A program made the translations under genes and the position numbers. A stretch of DNA of 64,000 nucleotides from a virus: IMG/VR virus record IMGVR_UViG_3300028535_000001, one strand, 5' to 3'. Position 1 is the stretch's first letter; every line of letters begins with the position of its first letter. Positions 19,880-28,966 of the stretch are shown piece after piece. Under the pieces are notes generated by a model that worked only from the letters and a program-made list of their open reading frames with translations, searched no databases and was not told where the DNA came from.

Positions 19880-20614
19880 CTAGGCTACTATGGGTGAGGC
19901 CAATCCGAAAAAATCGTTGAGTCCTTCAAAGGTCACTTTACTTTTAACACCTGTCTTTGGATTTGTGACTTCTTGCGTATGTCTCAATCTAGGCATAGTA
20001 TCAAAAAATTTTCTAATTTTATCAAAAGTACCTTGTGGCATTTTCTCAAAAAATTCTTTTAATTCTTCTTTAGTAGTATCTACTCCAGGGTACACTTTAT
20101 CTCCTTCAAAAACTTCGTGTACACAACCTAACATTAAATCAAATACAGTATCGTAATCAGCGTCCTTTAACGTTTTGCTGTTTATCATTGCCATCGTAGG
20201 ATATTTGAGAACAACACCCAATTGCCTAGTGTCATCAAATACTACTTTGTTTGTATGTCCATCATCTACTTGGACCTCAATCTTTGATATGTCAATTTCA
20301 ATATCTGTATAAGTTTTCTTATCGTCTGGACATATAACTTGAAATTTTGATATTTCACCAACTGACTTTGCTCTTATTTGTAAGAACATATACTCAATGT
20401 CAAATGTAGGCAAATTTAAAATATCTATTTTGTTAAATGTACAAGCACCTAAAACTTGTTTGGTTGCTTCTTGTATTTGTTTTTCTTCACCAGACTCTAG
20501 AGCAATCAACATCATTTTTTCTTCTTTTACAAGAAAAGGTCTAAATTTAACTTTTGTTTCTTGCGAAGGTAATGTCAACTCATAAGTTGGTGTTTCTATT
20601 ATCGGTAATGCCAT
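19880..20614 (-). CDS. 26: Baseplate hub assembly chaperone gp26
   Basis: MALPIIETPTYELTLPS..KFRPFLVKEEK..FDIEYMFLQIRAKSVGE..EGLNDFF. Confidence 0.92.
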   Translation of the reverse strand: MALPIIETPTYELTLPSQETKVKFRPFLVKEEKMMLIALESGEEKQIQEATKQVLGACTFNKIDILNLPTFDIEYMFLQIRAKSVGEISKFQVICPDDKKTYTDIEIDISKIEVQVDDGHTNKVVFDDTRQLGVVLKYPTMAMINSKTLKDADYDTVFDLMLGCVHEVFEGDKVYPGVDTTKEELKEFFEKMPQGTFDKIRKFFDTMPRLRHTQEVTNPKTGVKSKVTFEGLNDFFGLASPIVA

Positions 20615-20632
20615 AATATTATCTCCTTGTTA

Positions 20633-21613
20633 TTATATATTTATTGGTGGTAGTTTGAACGGTGGGAACACTCTACCGCCAGTAATTCTACCTAGTGGTG
20701 CTCTACGTCTCAAATTGTTCAATACGTCTCTACCTGCTCGTCTCAATTCTGGTGGAAGTTTACCTAATAAACCTCCAAATAAACCGGACTGTTCTTTTAC
20801 ACTTGGTTTTCCAAATTTAGGTTGACCAAGTTCTATGTTGCCTTGTTTGTCTAAAAAGAAATTAATCCAATACATAAATTTAAATGTAACTGTAAATGTT
20901 TGTACTGTATTTGAATCATGTGAATAATCTACTTTACTAATACTTGTTGGTAAACAATCAAACAATTGTACACCATATGTTATTTCGTCTCTCTCTTGTC
21001 TAGACGCAAATGATCCTAACTGATATATTCTCATATCTGACACGTAATTTTTATAGTAATTCATATTGAAAGATTTAGTACTGAAAGCGGCACTTTGCCA
21101 CATTTCAAAATATGATCTTTCTCTCATAAATTTATCTGCATAAAACGTTGCTGTAATCTCTGCTGATTTAAAATCAATTGCAACGTGTCTAGTTGGTGTA
21201 TTACCATGTCTAACTTCTTTGGTAACTATTTCTCTATCAGGCATTTCAATAGCACTACAAAATGCTTGAACACGTCTACCGTTTGCTATATGTACTGCAT
21301 TCATATCTTGAGCTGTAAAAAATGAATCATACGTTTCATCTGCCATAGATGAAGATACGGAACCTGCTGAACCATCTGGTCCACCACCTAAAGATTTAGG
21401 TAACATAAACTCAACATAAAATCTTGCCTTACGAGCAAAACCTTCTGCCTCATTTACCATAGCCTGCACTCTACCCATTGTAGATTCAGGATTACCACCC
21501 ATATTTCGTTTTAATCTTTTATCACCTGCCACATTGTCAAGTGATCTATCTCTCGGTATACCAATTCTAATATCGTATCCGCCTATTCTTTTTCCGCCTC
21601 TTAATATCGCCAT
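20633..21613 (-). CDS. Tail-tube-fold protein (gp54-like tube initiator)
   Basis: FCSAIEMPDR..ITATFY..YFEMWQ..LFDCLPTSIS..FTVTF, gp19/gp54-like pattern. Confidence 0.6.
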   Translation of the reverse strand: MAILRGGKRIGGYDIRIGIPRDRSLDNVAGDKRLKRNMGGNPESTMGRVQAMVNEAEGFARKARFYVEFMLPKSLGGGPDGSAGSVSSSMADETYDSFFTAQDMNAVHIANGRRVQAFCSAIEMPDREIVTKEVRHGNTPTRHVAIDFKSAEITATFYADKFMRERSYFEMWQSAAFSTKSFNMNYYKNYVSDMRIYQLGSFASRQERDEITYGVQLFDCLPTSISKVDYSHDSNTVQTFTVTFKFMYWINFFLDKQGNIELGQPKFGKPSVKEQSGLFGGLLGKLPPELRRAGRDVLNNLRRRAPLGRITGGRVFPPFKLPPINI

Positions 21614-22146
21614 TAATATGGTCTCCCTTTTTTAAATTGTGCGATTGGTAAATATACTGCTAAAGCAGCCTCATTATAATCAACTCTTAAATATTGACTT
21701 CTAGTGTGTGCCCACAAATACTTTTTAATAGCATTCTTTGTAAGTGGTAACTTTTTAATTCTGTTATAACTGACATCAAATCTATTTTTAGCACTTATCT
21801 CTCCTGCTCCATGTATAGCATATCTTTGTAATTGTGTTAACAAAGTAAATCTTTGGTTTGGTGGTAAATAGTGAAAATTAATACCAGCAAATCCATTCTT
21901 TATTGGCTCTAGTGGTAACACTAAAGGAAAAATATCATAATATGGTAATGTCTGTTTATATTTAGGATCGTAAACAAATAAATTAAGCCTACCAACACTA
22001 GGTCTACCTATCAATTTACCTTGAGCCATTAATCTTCTTGCTGATATTCTATCGTAAATAGAACCTACAGCTTTCCTATACCATGAGGATGACTTTTGAC
22101 CACCATCTGCTTTATCAACCAGATTGTCTAAAATGCTTAATGCCAT
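21613..22146 (-). CDS. 2: DNA end protector gp2
   Basis: YDPKYKQTLPYYDIFPLV..GINFHYLPP..AIKKYL..LPIAQF. Confidence 0.9.
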   Translation of the reverse strand: MALSILDNLVDKADGGQKSSSWYRKAVGSIYDRISARRLMAQGKLIGRPSVGRLNLFVYDPKYKQTLPYYDIFPLVLPLEPIKNGFAGINFHYLPPNQRFTLLTQLQRYAIHGAGEISAKNRFDVSYNRIKKLPLTKNAIKKYLWAHTRSQYLRVDYNEAALAVYLPIAQFKKGRPY

Positions 22147-22154
22147 TATGGGTA

Positions 22155-22162
22155 TATTTATA
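22155..22162 (-). promoter_or_regulatory. Late promoter TATAAATA for the gp2 operon
   Basis: Exact motif just downstream of the gp32 terminator. Confidence 0.8.
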
Positions 22163-22163
22163 C

Positions 22164-22196
22164 AAAAAAAAGGGCTATTATTGCTAATAGCCCTTT
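22164..22196 (-). terminator. Rho-independent terminator after gp32
   Basis: AAAGGGCTATTA-GCAA-TAATAGCCCTTT followed by a T-run. Confidence 0.85.
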
Positions 22197-22226
22197 AAAG
22201 TATGTCTAACGGAGGGAATAGTTAGT

Positions 22227-23129
22227 TTACTGATCGTCCTCGGCTAATTTACTAAAGTAAGATAACGTATCGTCATCATCACTAGCCGCTGGAGCAGTAG
22301 GTATTTCACTCATACTTTTCACACTACCAGCTGATTTAACGGTTGGCGGGAGCTCATCGTTATCTGCTGTTTTAGTGCTTCTTGTACCTGAAATTACCCT
22401 ATTCAGTTTCTCTTTGAGTTCATCATAGGACTTAAAATTGTCAGGTGCTAAGAATGGTTTTAGAGGATATTGTGTAGACCAGATTGCTTTAATCTTGTCA
22501 TCACCGTCAGCTGTTGCCGACACTGCCTCAAATTCAGATTTGTCATAGTTCCAATAACCATCAACTTTTCTGATTTTTAGTTTAAAGTTTGCACCTTTCC
22601 AAAAATCAAATGGGTTAATTGGTTTCTCATCTTCAAATGCTGGTTGCATTGCTTCTGTTATCTTATCAAAAATCTTTTTACCAAATTTAAATAAGAACAC
22701 TTTACCTTCATTCTCTGGATGTTTTGGATCAGATACGCATAGAATATTTGAGAAATAAGAAAGTTTTCTTTTTCTTTTTCTAGCAATATCTTTATCACTA
22801 TCAACACCAGTATTCCACAATCTTGTGTTTTCTTCGGACACAGGATCCTTTTGGCTTAATGTTGTTAATGAGTTTTCAATATACCAGCCGCCTCTATCTT
22901 GGAAGGCATGTGACCAAACTCTCTGCCAAGGTAAATCTTCTCCTTGTATAGCAGGTAAAAATCTGATTACTGCATAACCATTACCAGTTTTATCTAGTTC
23001 AGGTTTCCAAAATCTGTCGTCTTGGTATTTGTTTTTGTTTGATTGATCCTCGGAATTGAGGTTCTTTTCAAGTGCTTTAGTAAGTTTGTCAAAGCCACTT
23101 GATGATGATTTTAATGCTTCAAAATCCAT
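22227..23129 (-). CDS. 32: Single-stranded DNA-binding protein gp32
   Basis: DDRFWKPELDKTGNGYAVIRFLPA..GWYIENSLTTL..PFDFWKGANFKLKIR; acidic tail. Confidence 0.96.
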   Translation of the reverse strand: MDFEALKSSSSGFDKLTKALEKNLNSEDQSNKNKYQDDRFWKPELDKTGNGYAVIRFLPAIQGEDLPWQRVWSHAFQDRGGWYIENSLTTLSQKDPVSEENTRLWNTGVDSDKDIARKRKRKLSYFSNILCVSDPKHPENEGKVFLFKFGKKIFDKITEAMQPAFEDEKPINPFDFWKGANFKLKIRKVDGYWNYDKSEFEAVSATADGDDKIKAIWSTQYPLKPFLAPDNFKSYDELKEKLNRVISGTRSTKTADNDELPPTVKSAGSVKSMSEIPTAPAASDDDDTLSYFSKLAEDDQ

Positions 23130-23198
23130 ATTATTTTCTCCTTTGTATATATTTTCGTATTGTTATATTTGTGTTCCCTATATTATCGGGATCATTAT

Positions 23199-23206
23199 TA
23201 TTTATA
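23199..23206 (-). promoter_or_regulatory. Late promoter TATAAATA upstream of gp32
   Basis: Exact motif in intergenic region. Confidence 0.65.
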
Positions 23207-23212
23207 AGTCTT

Positions 23213-23440
23213 TTAAAGGTATTTACCAGTTTTTTTATCTCTCTTATGTGCTCTACCAGGTTTTAGTAATCTATTCTCACCCTTTGGCCACCTCATTTCA
23301 ATTTTCAATAAACTTCCATCGGCTTTCAAAATTTGTATATCGTGTCCATTAGGTTCACTATTATCCCAATATCTAACATAATTGTTAATCTTAATAGTTT
23401 TAGTTGGCGTCTTTTTACTCATACCATTTATAATACTCAT
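23213..23440 (-). CDS. Hypothetical protein
   Basis: ORF immediately behind its own promoter. Confidence 0.55.
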   Translation of the reverse strand: MSIINGMSKKTPTKTIKINNYVRYWDNSEPNGHDIQILKADGSLLKIEMRWPKGENRLLKPGRAHKRDKKTGKYL

Positions 23441-23449
23441 ATTAGGTGT

Positions 23450-23478
23450 AATATAACATATCCTAGTTATATTGTCAA
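23450..23478 (-). promoter_or_regulatory. Sigma70-type promoter
   Basis: TTGACA-17nt-TATATT. Confidence 0.7.
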
Positions 23479-23485
23479 TGCTCCT

Positions 23486-24379
23486 TTAGCCTGTTAATGT
23501 TTCCATAGTAGGATAGTCAATATAGAATACGTTTTTAAGACCTTCCCACTCTTTTATTGCTCTATCAATGGCGTCATGTCCAACATCAGCCTTTGGATTG
23601 ACTTTATAAAACGTCACTCCTGGGTTGTTAATCATTAATGATTTCCATTGAGTAATCCAATTGTCTGTTGGTACTTGTTGTTGTTCTTTTAAACCATAGT
23701 ATTTGGTATCTTTGTATATATTGTTTATCAAATCATCATTACTAGCCAGATCATGGCCAATTAAAAACAGTTCTAAACTAATTTTATGTTCATTATCATC
23801 GGCGTCATTATATAAGTCTGTTGCCTTTGGTTGTTTTTCTTTTAGTATTGCAATTGCACCAGCAGTAGGACCAGCAGCAAAACCCCAATCTCTTGGTTTC
23901 ATTATATCGTCAATAGATTGTTCTTTACTATTCATGGTACACCAACTGACATCAACAGCAGTATGATTTACATTTTTACTTTCTTGTTTCTTATTCTGTT
24001 TTAAAATTTTAACTGCACCTGATATATTAGAACCATGCATTACAAACTCTTGGCAATCACCTCTCTCATTTGAGTTAATCAATTTTTGTTCCTTAACAAT
24101 GGCCATTTCTTCGGCAGTTATTGAGGCGCCTGCATTTATAACAGACTCATATATTGGTGCTGGTAATCTTGTCCAACCTCTTAAATATGTTTCATTGTTT
24201 TGGCAATAACCACTATTGTATATTTCATGGCAAATACCTGAATCAACTGCAACTAAAACATCTGGTGTAAAATCTCTATATAAGGCATTACAACCATATG
24301 TCCTACCTTTTTCTTTTAAATTAGTTAAATTATAATTTTTTCGGCTTTCACCATTACCTATAATAAATGCACTAGACAT
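23486..24379 (-). CDS. Conserved hypothetical protein (MptE/DUF115-like nucleotide-binding fold)
   Basis: AFIIGNGESR..YGCNALYRDFTPDVLVAVD..FLIGHD. Confidence 0.5.
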   Translation of the reverse strand: MSSAFIIGNGESRKNYNLTNLKEKGRTYGCNALYRDFTPDVLVAVDSGICHEIYNSGYCQNNETYLRGWTRLPAPIYESVINAGASITAEEMAIVKEQKLINSNERGDCQEFVMHGSNISGAVKILKQNKKQESKNVNHTAVDVSWCTMNSKEQSIDDIMKPRDWGFAAGPTAGAIAILKEKQPKATDLYNDADDNEHKISLELFLIGHDLASNDDLINNIYKDTKYYGLKEQQQVPTDNWITQWKSLMINNPGVTFYKVNPKADVGHDAIDRAIKEWEGLKNVFYIDYPTMETLTG

Positions 24380-24743
24380 AAACTTTTAAAATTCCTATTA
24401 ATAATACCATCGCTAAACAACTATTTAAAACCATCAATGCACGGTCATGCCATAGAATACCTACCCATAACCAACCCAATGTACCTATTAAACTTACATA
24501 TAAATCAACATTATGATAAGCAGTACCAGCGGCTCTAAAACAAACTGCCGATAATATTAAAATACAACTAAGCCATTTTATATACCATGAAAAATCATGT
24601 AAAGGTGTTACCTTACTTAATACTTTTTCTATTTGTTTTTGTTTAATTTCTTTTTTTTCAATTGTTAAATGTTTCTTTTTCTTTTTAACAATATCTTTCA
24701 TATCTTTCCATATTCCATCATTTGTCATCTTTTTTATCTTCAT
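24372..24743 (-). CDS. Three-TM membrane protein
   Basis: SWYIKW..GWLWVGILWHDRALMVLN. Confidence 0.65.
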   Translation of the reverse strand: MKIKKMTNDGIWKDMKDIVKKKKKHLTIEKKEIKQKQIEKVLSKVTPLHDFSWYIKWLSCILILSAVCFRAAGTAYHNVDLYVSLIGTLGWLWVGILWHDRALMVLNSCLAMVLLIGILKVYV

Positions 24744-24827
24744 TAATCACATACCACACTAGTGTTAGGATTATTATCATTACTACTATACCTGTTAACA
24801 ATAGTCCAAAACCATCAGCCGCTGTCA

Positions 24828-25985
24828 TTAAATTCCTTTCTTCATTACGTTATAAACTATTTTTTTCCAATTATAATGTTGGTCATCTGTATTAACAACA
24901 ATTACTTGACCTGTTTCCATGTTCATAACTATTTGTTGACCACCAGCACCGTCCATTGCAAATATAATACTATCTTTCATACCCTTAAATGTCATATGAA
25001 ACTGACCACCGTATTCGTATGTGGCCTGGTGAGAGCCTTTATTATAATCTCTTTTAAATCTACTATTTTTGGTAACTCTATTATCGTATATAGTTCTTAA
25101 ATAATCACCAATACAAGTATCAGAATTAAAATCTTTAATTATAGTATTAGCTATTCTTAAATAATCTTCACTCTTAGCATAAAAAGAATATCTACTTACG
25201 CCTTTATCTACGTCTTGTTTTGACCAAGAAACTTTGACAAAGTGTACATCATCTTTTACACCAACATGATCTGTAAATATTTCTTTTAATAATTTCTCAT
25301 AATTATCATAACCAACTTTGTGAATTACATAGTTGATAGCAACATGTGTTGACATTGCACTATAATTGTAAGGAGAGTTTTCCTCTTTCTTTTTTGTGCC
25401 TTTAAACCACAACATGCTCTCTGCAACAGTTCTTCTATTGATTTGTTTAGTTTTATTGTCTTTAAAAAAACCATCATTTCTAAATTTCTTTTCACCAATA
25501 TAGTCTTCGTCACCTGAAGTCATATTTAAAACTTGCATTAAGTTATTATCTACATATAAAGTATTGTTAATAACAACCCAATCATTTAATTGTTTATTCA
25601 AATCAATACCATATTTACAAACAGCATGACCTGTCACATATGAAATTAAACTTTTACCCATTGAATTAGATTGAAAAAGACCCTTATTTTCTTTAACATC
25701 GTTAGTCCAATTATTTTTATTTACTTTAATCTTACCATCTTCAAAAACAATATAAGATATTAAACCAGTTTTATCGTTGTTTTCTAATTGTTTATCAACA
25801 TAAGTTGTTAATTTATTTTCAACTAACTCTGTTTCTAATTTTTGATAATCATTTGAACCAGGAGCCGAAAAAGATATACCTTTAAAGTTATGTTCTTGTT
25901 GTTTGTGGTCAGCATTAGCAATATTGTTAAGACCCAACCATAGTAATACGTTGATTGTGATTATTGTTATTAGTAGTTTTTTCAT
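24828..25985 (-). CDS. Exported serine hydrolase (beta-lactamase/PBP-like family)
   Basis: Signal peptide; SMGK (SxxK), YNYS, YGGQF, GAGGQ motifs. Confidence 0.8.
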   Translation of the reverse strand: MKKLLITIITINVLLWLGLNNIANADHKQQEHNFKGISFSAPGSNDYQKLETELVENKLTTYVDKQLENNDKTGLISYIVFEDGKIKVNKNNWTNDVKENKGLFQSNSMGKSLISYVTGHAVCKYGIDLNKQLNDWVVINNTLYVDNNLMQVLNMTSGDEDYIGEKKFRNDGFFKDNKTKQINRRTVAESMLWFKGTKKKEENSPYNYSAMSTHVAINYVIHKVGYDNYEKLLKEIFTDHVGVKDDVHFVKVSWSKQDVDKGVSRYSFYAKSEDYLRIANTIIKDFNSDTCIGDYLRTIYDNRVTKNSRFKRDYNKGSHQATYEYGGQFHMTFKGMKDSIIFAMDGAGGQQIVMNMETGQVIVVNTDDQHYNWKKIVYNVMKKGI

Positions 25986-26012
25986 AGTGTTTTATCCTTT
26001 GTTTATTGTATT

Positions 26013-26041
26013 ATAATAACATATTCCTACTGAAAAAGCAA
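26013..26041 (-). promoter_or_regulatory. Sigma70-type promoter
   Basis: TTGCTT-17nt-TATTAT. Confidence 0.65.
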
Positions 26042-26054
26042 GCTTTTTCTGCTA

Positions 26055-26069
26055 GAACATTTAGCGAAC
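26055..26069. promoter_or_regulatory. LexA-type box GAAC-N7-GAAC
   Basis: GAACatttagcGAAC, 13 nt upstream of the -35. Confidence 0.6.
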
Positions 26070-26669
26070 AAACACGTCCTTTAATGTTAATTTACACTCT
26101 GTTTGGTTGAATTTAACGAATTTATTGAATTTTTTAAGTCTTTTTGAGAGTATAGGCCAAATAAATTTCTCTGAAATCTGTTTGTCCCAACGTTTGGCAA
26201 ATCCTAGAAAATGGTCTAAAATTACCGTTGTTTGGAAAGTTATATTTTTCTTAATAAGAAGTTGTAACAACCTTGGATGCTGTCCATTATTGCAACTAAA
26301 ACCAGAATCAAAAGAAAGAGACCTAGTAGAAAAGTCATCAGCAATCCGTAAGCAATCGTTTCTAAAATGGTAACTAATACCATCGGTATATTTTTTATAG
26401 TTGAGATAAACTTGTTTGCCATCTTTACTTAATAAATTACCAACCCATTGCCTGTCATCGTCTAAAAAATTAGCAACGAAGAAGTCTGTTATTTCATATT
26501 TATCATAGTGCTTACTTAACTTATGGAAGAAGTATCTATCATTACGTTTGGTAAATGTCTCTAATTTACAATTGACCTTACCACCATAATTAAAATAATC
26601 ATAATTATCTGTTGTAAAATGTAATTTTATTGCCAGATAAGTTTTAAATACCTCAAATCCATCATGCAT
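26061..26669 (-). CDS. 59: Helicase loader gp59
   Basis: GFEVFKTYLAIKLHFTTDNYDYFNYGGK..KRNDRYFF. Confidence 0.9.
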   Translation of the reverse strand: MHDGFEVFKTYLAIKLHFTTDNYDYFNYGGKVNCKLETFTKRNDRYFFHKLSKHYDKYEITDFFVANFLDDDRQWVGNLLSKDGKQVYLNYKKYTDGISYHFRNDCLRIADDFSTRSLSFDSGFSCNNGQHPRLLQLLIKKNITFQTTVILDHFLGFAKRWDKQISEKFIWPILSKRLKKFNKFVKFNQTECKLTLKDVFVR

Positions 26670-26688
26670 ATATTTTTCTCAATTTTTA

Positions 26689-26931
26689 TGCCTGTTTCTG
26701 TTGCAAGGTACAGGCAAACCCCGGCTACCTAAGCAGCCATACGATAACTTTCGTTGTCGTTTATAGTTTTAACAGTACGTTGTTAGCGATTTAACTCCAA
26801 ATAGTTTTAGTAGCAGTCGAATCTAACTCACCCCCTTAAAGCACACACGTATGTGTTTTGAATTGGTGGAGGTGGTGGGTACTGCCCCCACGTCCTCACT
26901 AGTTATTGTCTATTCTTCAACGTCAAATTCC
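26689..26931 (-). ncRNA. ssrA: Circularly permuted (two-piece) tmRNA
   Basis: Acceptor piece ends GTGGG-GGCAGTA-CCCAC-CACCTCC-A-CCA at 26864; 28-nt spacer; coding piece starts GGGGGTG at 26835 (G3-U70 pair); tag DNESYRMAA-stop at 26758-26729. Confidence 0.92.
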
Positions 26932-26933
26932 TT

Positions 26934-27164
26934 TTATACCGGTAGCGACCCTTGTTTTGGTATGTTTAATAGTTTTAAATTAATGGCCTCTACTTTTAAT
27001 TTTTCTTTTATCTGTTTATTGATAAATGAGTTTACTCTACCTGGATCCAAATCTTTTAATTCACATAAATGTATAATTGCGTCCATGTAGGAAATCTTTT
27101 GTTTTCTAACTGTATTCTCAATCTCTTGTGAGAAAGTCTTTGAGTTCATCTTTATAAGTTCCAT
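26934..27164 (-). CDS. 33: Late transcription coactivator gp33
   Basis: FSQEIE..SYMDAIIHLCE..KEKLKVEAINLKLL. Confidence 0.9.
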   Translation of the reverse strand: MELIKMNSKTFSQEIENTVRKQKISYMDAIIHLCELKDLDPGRVNSFINKQIKEKLKVEAINLKLLNIPKQGSLPV

Positions 27165-27166
27165 AA

Positions 27167-27505
27167 TTATTCCCCTAAAGTAGTTCTATCAAATGTATGA
27201 TACATGATACAGGTTGATTGTCCATTTGGAATATCTACTGTTGCTACTATCTGATTTTCTTTTGAATAATGAGTTACCATCATAACAGGTTGTCCACTTG
27301 GTACGGCACCTGCTCTGCCTAGACTAGCATTCTCTAATTGAAATCCTCTACGTAATATAAAAGCGTGTACGTAATCTGGCTTACCACAAATAACTGGCAT
27401 GGTACTAGGTGCTAGATTAGGGTTACCTTCGTAACTCTCTGGCACTTTTACCTCTGATAGGACTATTGTACTGAAAAGTACAAATAGGAGGATTAGGTAT
27501 TTCAT
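27167..27505 (-). CDS. Exported hypothetical protein
   Basis: Signal peptide, PVICG..TCI Cys pair. Confidence 0.6.
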   Translation of the reverse strand: MKYLILLFVLFSTIVLSEVKVPESYEGNPNLAPSTMPVICGKPDYVHAFILRRGFQLENASLGRAGAVPSGQPVMMVTHYSKENQIVATVDIPNGQSTCIMYHTFDRTTLGE

Positions 27506-28188
27506 TACATCTTTTTTTTATTAAGTTCTTCATAATATTTATAAAATCCTTGTATTGCTTTACCTAATTTTTCTTCATATGGTGCTTTTTCTTTTACAAA
27601 AGGTACCATTGAGCCATCTTCACCAGCAATTAATATTACTAGTTGATCTATTTTTTTCTTAAATAATTCTTCATACATTATTGCATAAGCACATGTTTGT
27701 AAGAAATAGTTCTCTATCCAAGATTCTTGTCTTTCTTTGTTTGCTGTCTTGAAGTCTATTACAGAAAGTTTACCATTATATTCTGCAATACAATCCACTT
27801 GACCAGCAACGGTCAACTTATGACTGTACATTATTGTTTCTAAACAATGTATGTTATTGATCTGATCTACGTATGGTTTGATTAGTCTGAACATACCTAA
27901 AGGTAACACACTTCTCTCACTTGGTGTTTCGCCTTTGATATACTGTTCAATTAATGTATGTGTAGATTTGCCTCGTCTGGCTGCTCGTCTCATTTCCCAA
28001 TTAGCAACATCTTCACCAATACTATCTCGCCATTTTTGTAGTTCTTTTTTCTTTTGAATACCAAGTACTGTAGTAATTGACGGATAGTTTTTACCATCTA
28101 TTTCGTAAAATCTGAATCCATCTATTTTTTTACCTTTAGTCTTTGGTAAAACGTCTTCATTTAGTTTTATAAATTTAAATTTGCTCAT
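27505..28188 (-). CDS. PD-(D/E)XK exonuclease (RecB/Cas4-like)
   Basis: YPSITTVL..RGKSTH..AGQVDCIAEY..VIDFKT..YFLQ..AY. Confidence 0.85.
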   Translation of the reverse strand: MSKFKFIKLNEDVLPKTKGKKIDGFRFYEIDGKNYPSITTVLGIQKKKELQKWRDSIGEDVANWEMRRAARRGKSTHTLIEQYIKGETPSERSVLPLGMFRLIKPYVDQINNIHCLETIMYSHKLTVAGQVDCIAEYNGKLSVIDFKTANKERQESWIENYFLQTCAYAIMYEELFKKKIDQLVILIAGEDGSMVPFVKEKAPYEEKLGKAIQGFYKYYEELNKKKM

Positions 28189-28197
28189 AATGTACCC

Positions 28198-28226
28198 ACT
28201 TTAACATAACCAATGTAAATTGTCAA
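28198..28226 (-). promoter_or_regulatory. Sigma70-type promoter
   Basis: TTGACA-17nt-TAAAGT. Confidence 0.7.
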
Positions 28227-28888
28227 GCCTTAAACACTTCGGAAATTGCCCATTCTCTTTCTTTACACCAGAAACAGGTATTACCACAACCAGTTTCAGG
28301 TCCTATACATGAAGTTGTCATGTCTAATAGATCAACAATACCTTGGTCTTTGAATTCCTGGACAATAAATCTCTTATCAATCTCTATGAAAGGAGTAGTA
28401 TGATTTATATCTGCTACTCTTTGATTTTTAGAGAAGTCTTTACCACCTTTAATACGGAATAACTCACCACCAAATGTTTTCTGAACATCTTCAGGTGGTC
28501 CTAATGATGTACCATGATATGTATGGTCAATTATACCACTTGCTTCTAATTGTTTAACAAGTGGTCTAATGTAATCTTGTTTAGCACCATTTTTACCACC
28601 ATCTGTATCAAATATTGTAGATAGAGGCCACTTGATTGATACCCTTGGACATCGCTTTCTAATATATGGGATTATTTCTGGTAGACCATTTGAGTCACCT
28701 GGTGCCCACATATCATAACCATTAAATGGTTGTATCTTTATATTTAAACCTTTTTCTCTAATAGTATTAGCTAAAAGATAACATAACAAAGTACTATCAG
28801 CACCACCTGACATGGCGACACCGATAGTTTCTTCATTTAAATGTTCAAGGTTTAACTCAATTAATCCAAATTTGTTATCATATTTCAT
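28223..28888 (-). CDS. PP-loop ATPase, QueC-like
   Basis: SGGADS PP-loop and C-terminal SC..CGNTCFWCKER zinc site. Confidence 0.7.
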   Translation of the reverse strand: MKYDNKFGLIELNLEHLNEETIGVAMSGGADSTLLCYLLANTIREKGLNIKIQPFNGYDMWAPGDSNGLPEIIPYIRKRCPRVSIKWPLSTIFDTDGGKNGAKQDYIRPLVKQLEASGIIDHTYHGTSLGPPEDVQKTFGGELFRIKGGKDFSKNQRVADINHTTPFIEIDKRFIVQEFKDQGIVDLLDMTTSCIGPETGCGNTCFWCKEREWAISEVFKA

Positions 28889-28966
28889 ATTTTAAATTGA
28901 CCTATACAATTGGTAATGGTCGTTAATTAATGCCGAGGATTCTCTTAATTTGTCTCGGTCCTGCTT

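Noticed and set aside
23162-23176. GTTA-N7-GTTC upstream of gp32 as a fourth LexA box
   Set aside because: It has one mismatch in a core position and lies in an AU-rich leader that may instead be the gp32 autoregulatory operator; too weak alone.
24828-25985. Beta-lactamase as an antibiotic resistance gene
   Set aside because: Only the generic SxxK serine-hydrolase fold is evident; esterase or peptidase activity is at least as likely.
26851-27090. Plus-strand 79-aa ORF, and the tRNA-like CCA end read as a tRNA gene
   Set aside because: The ORF is antisense to gp33 and the tmRNA. The CCA arm has no anticodon arm and pairs with the downstream GGGGGTG as a permuted tmRNA.
27505-28188. Cas4-like nuclease as a sign of CRISPR-Cas
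   Set aside because: No repeat-spacer array or other cas genes were seen; this exonuclease is a common gene of marine T4-like phages.
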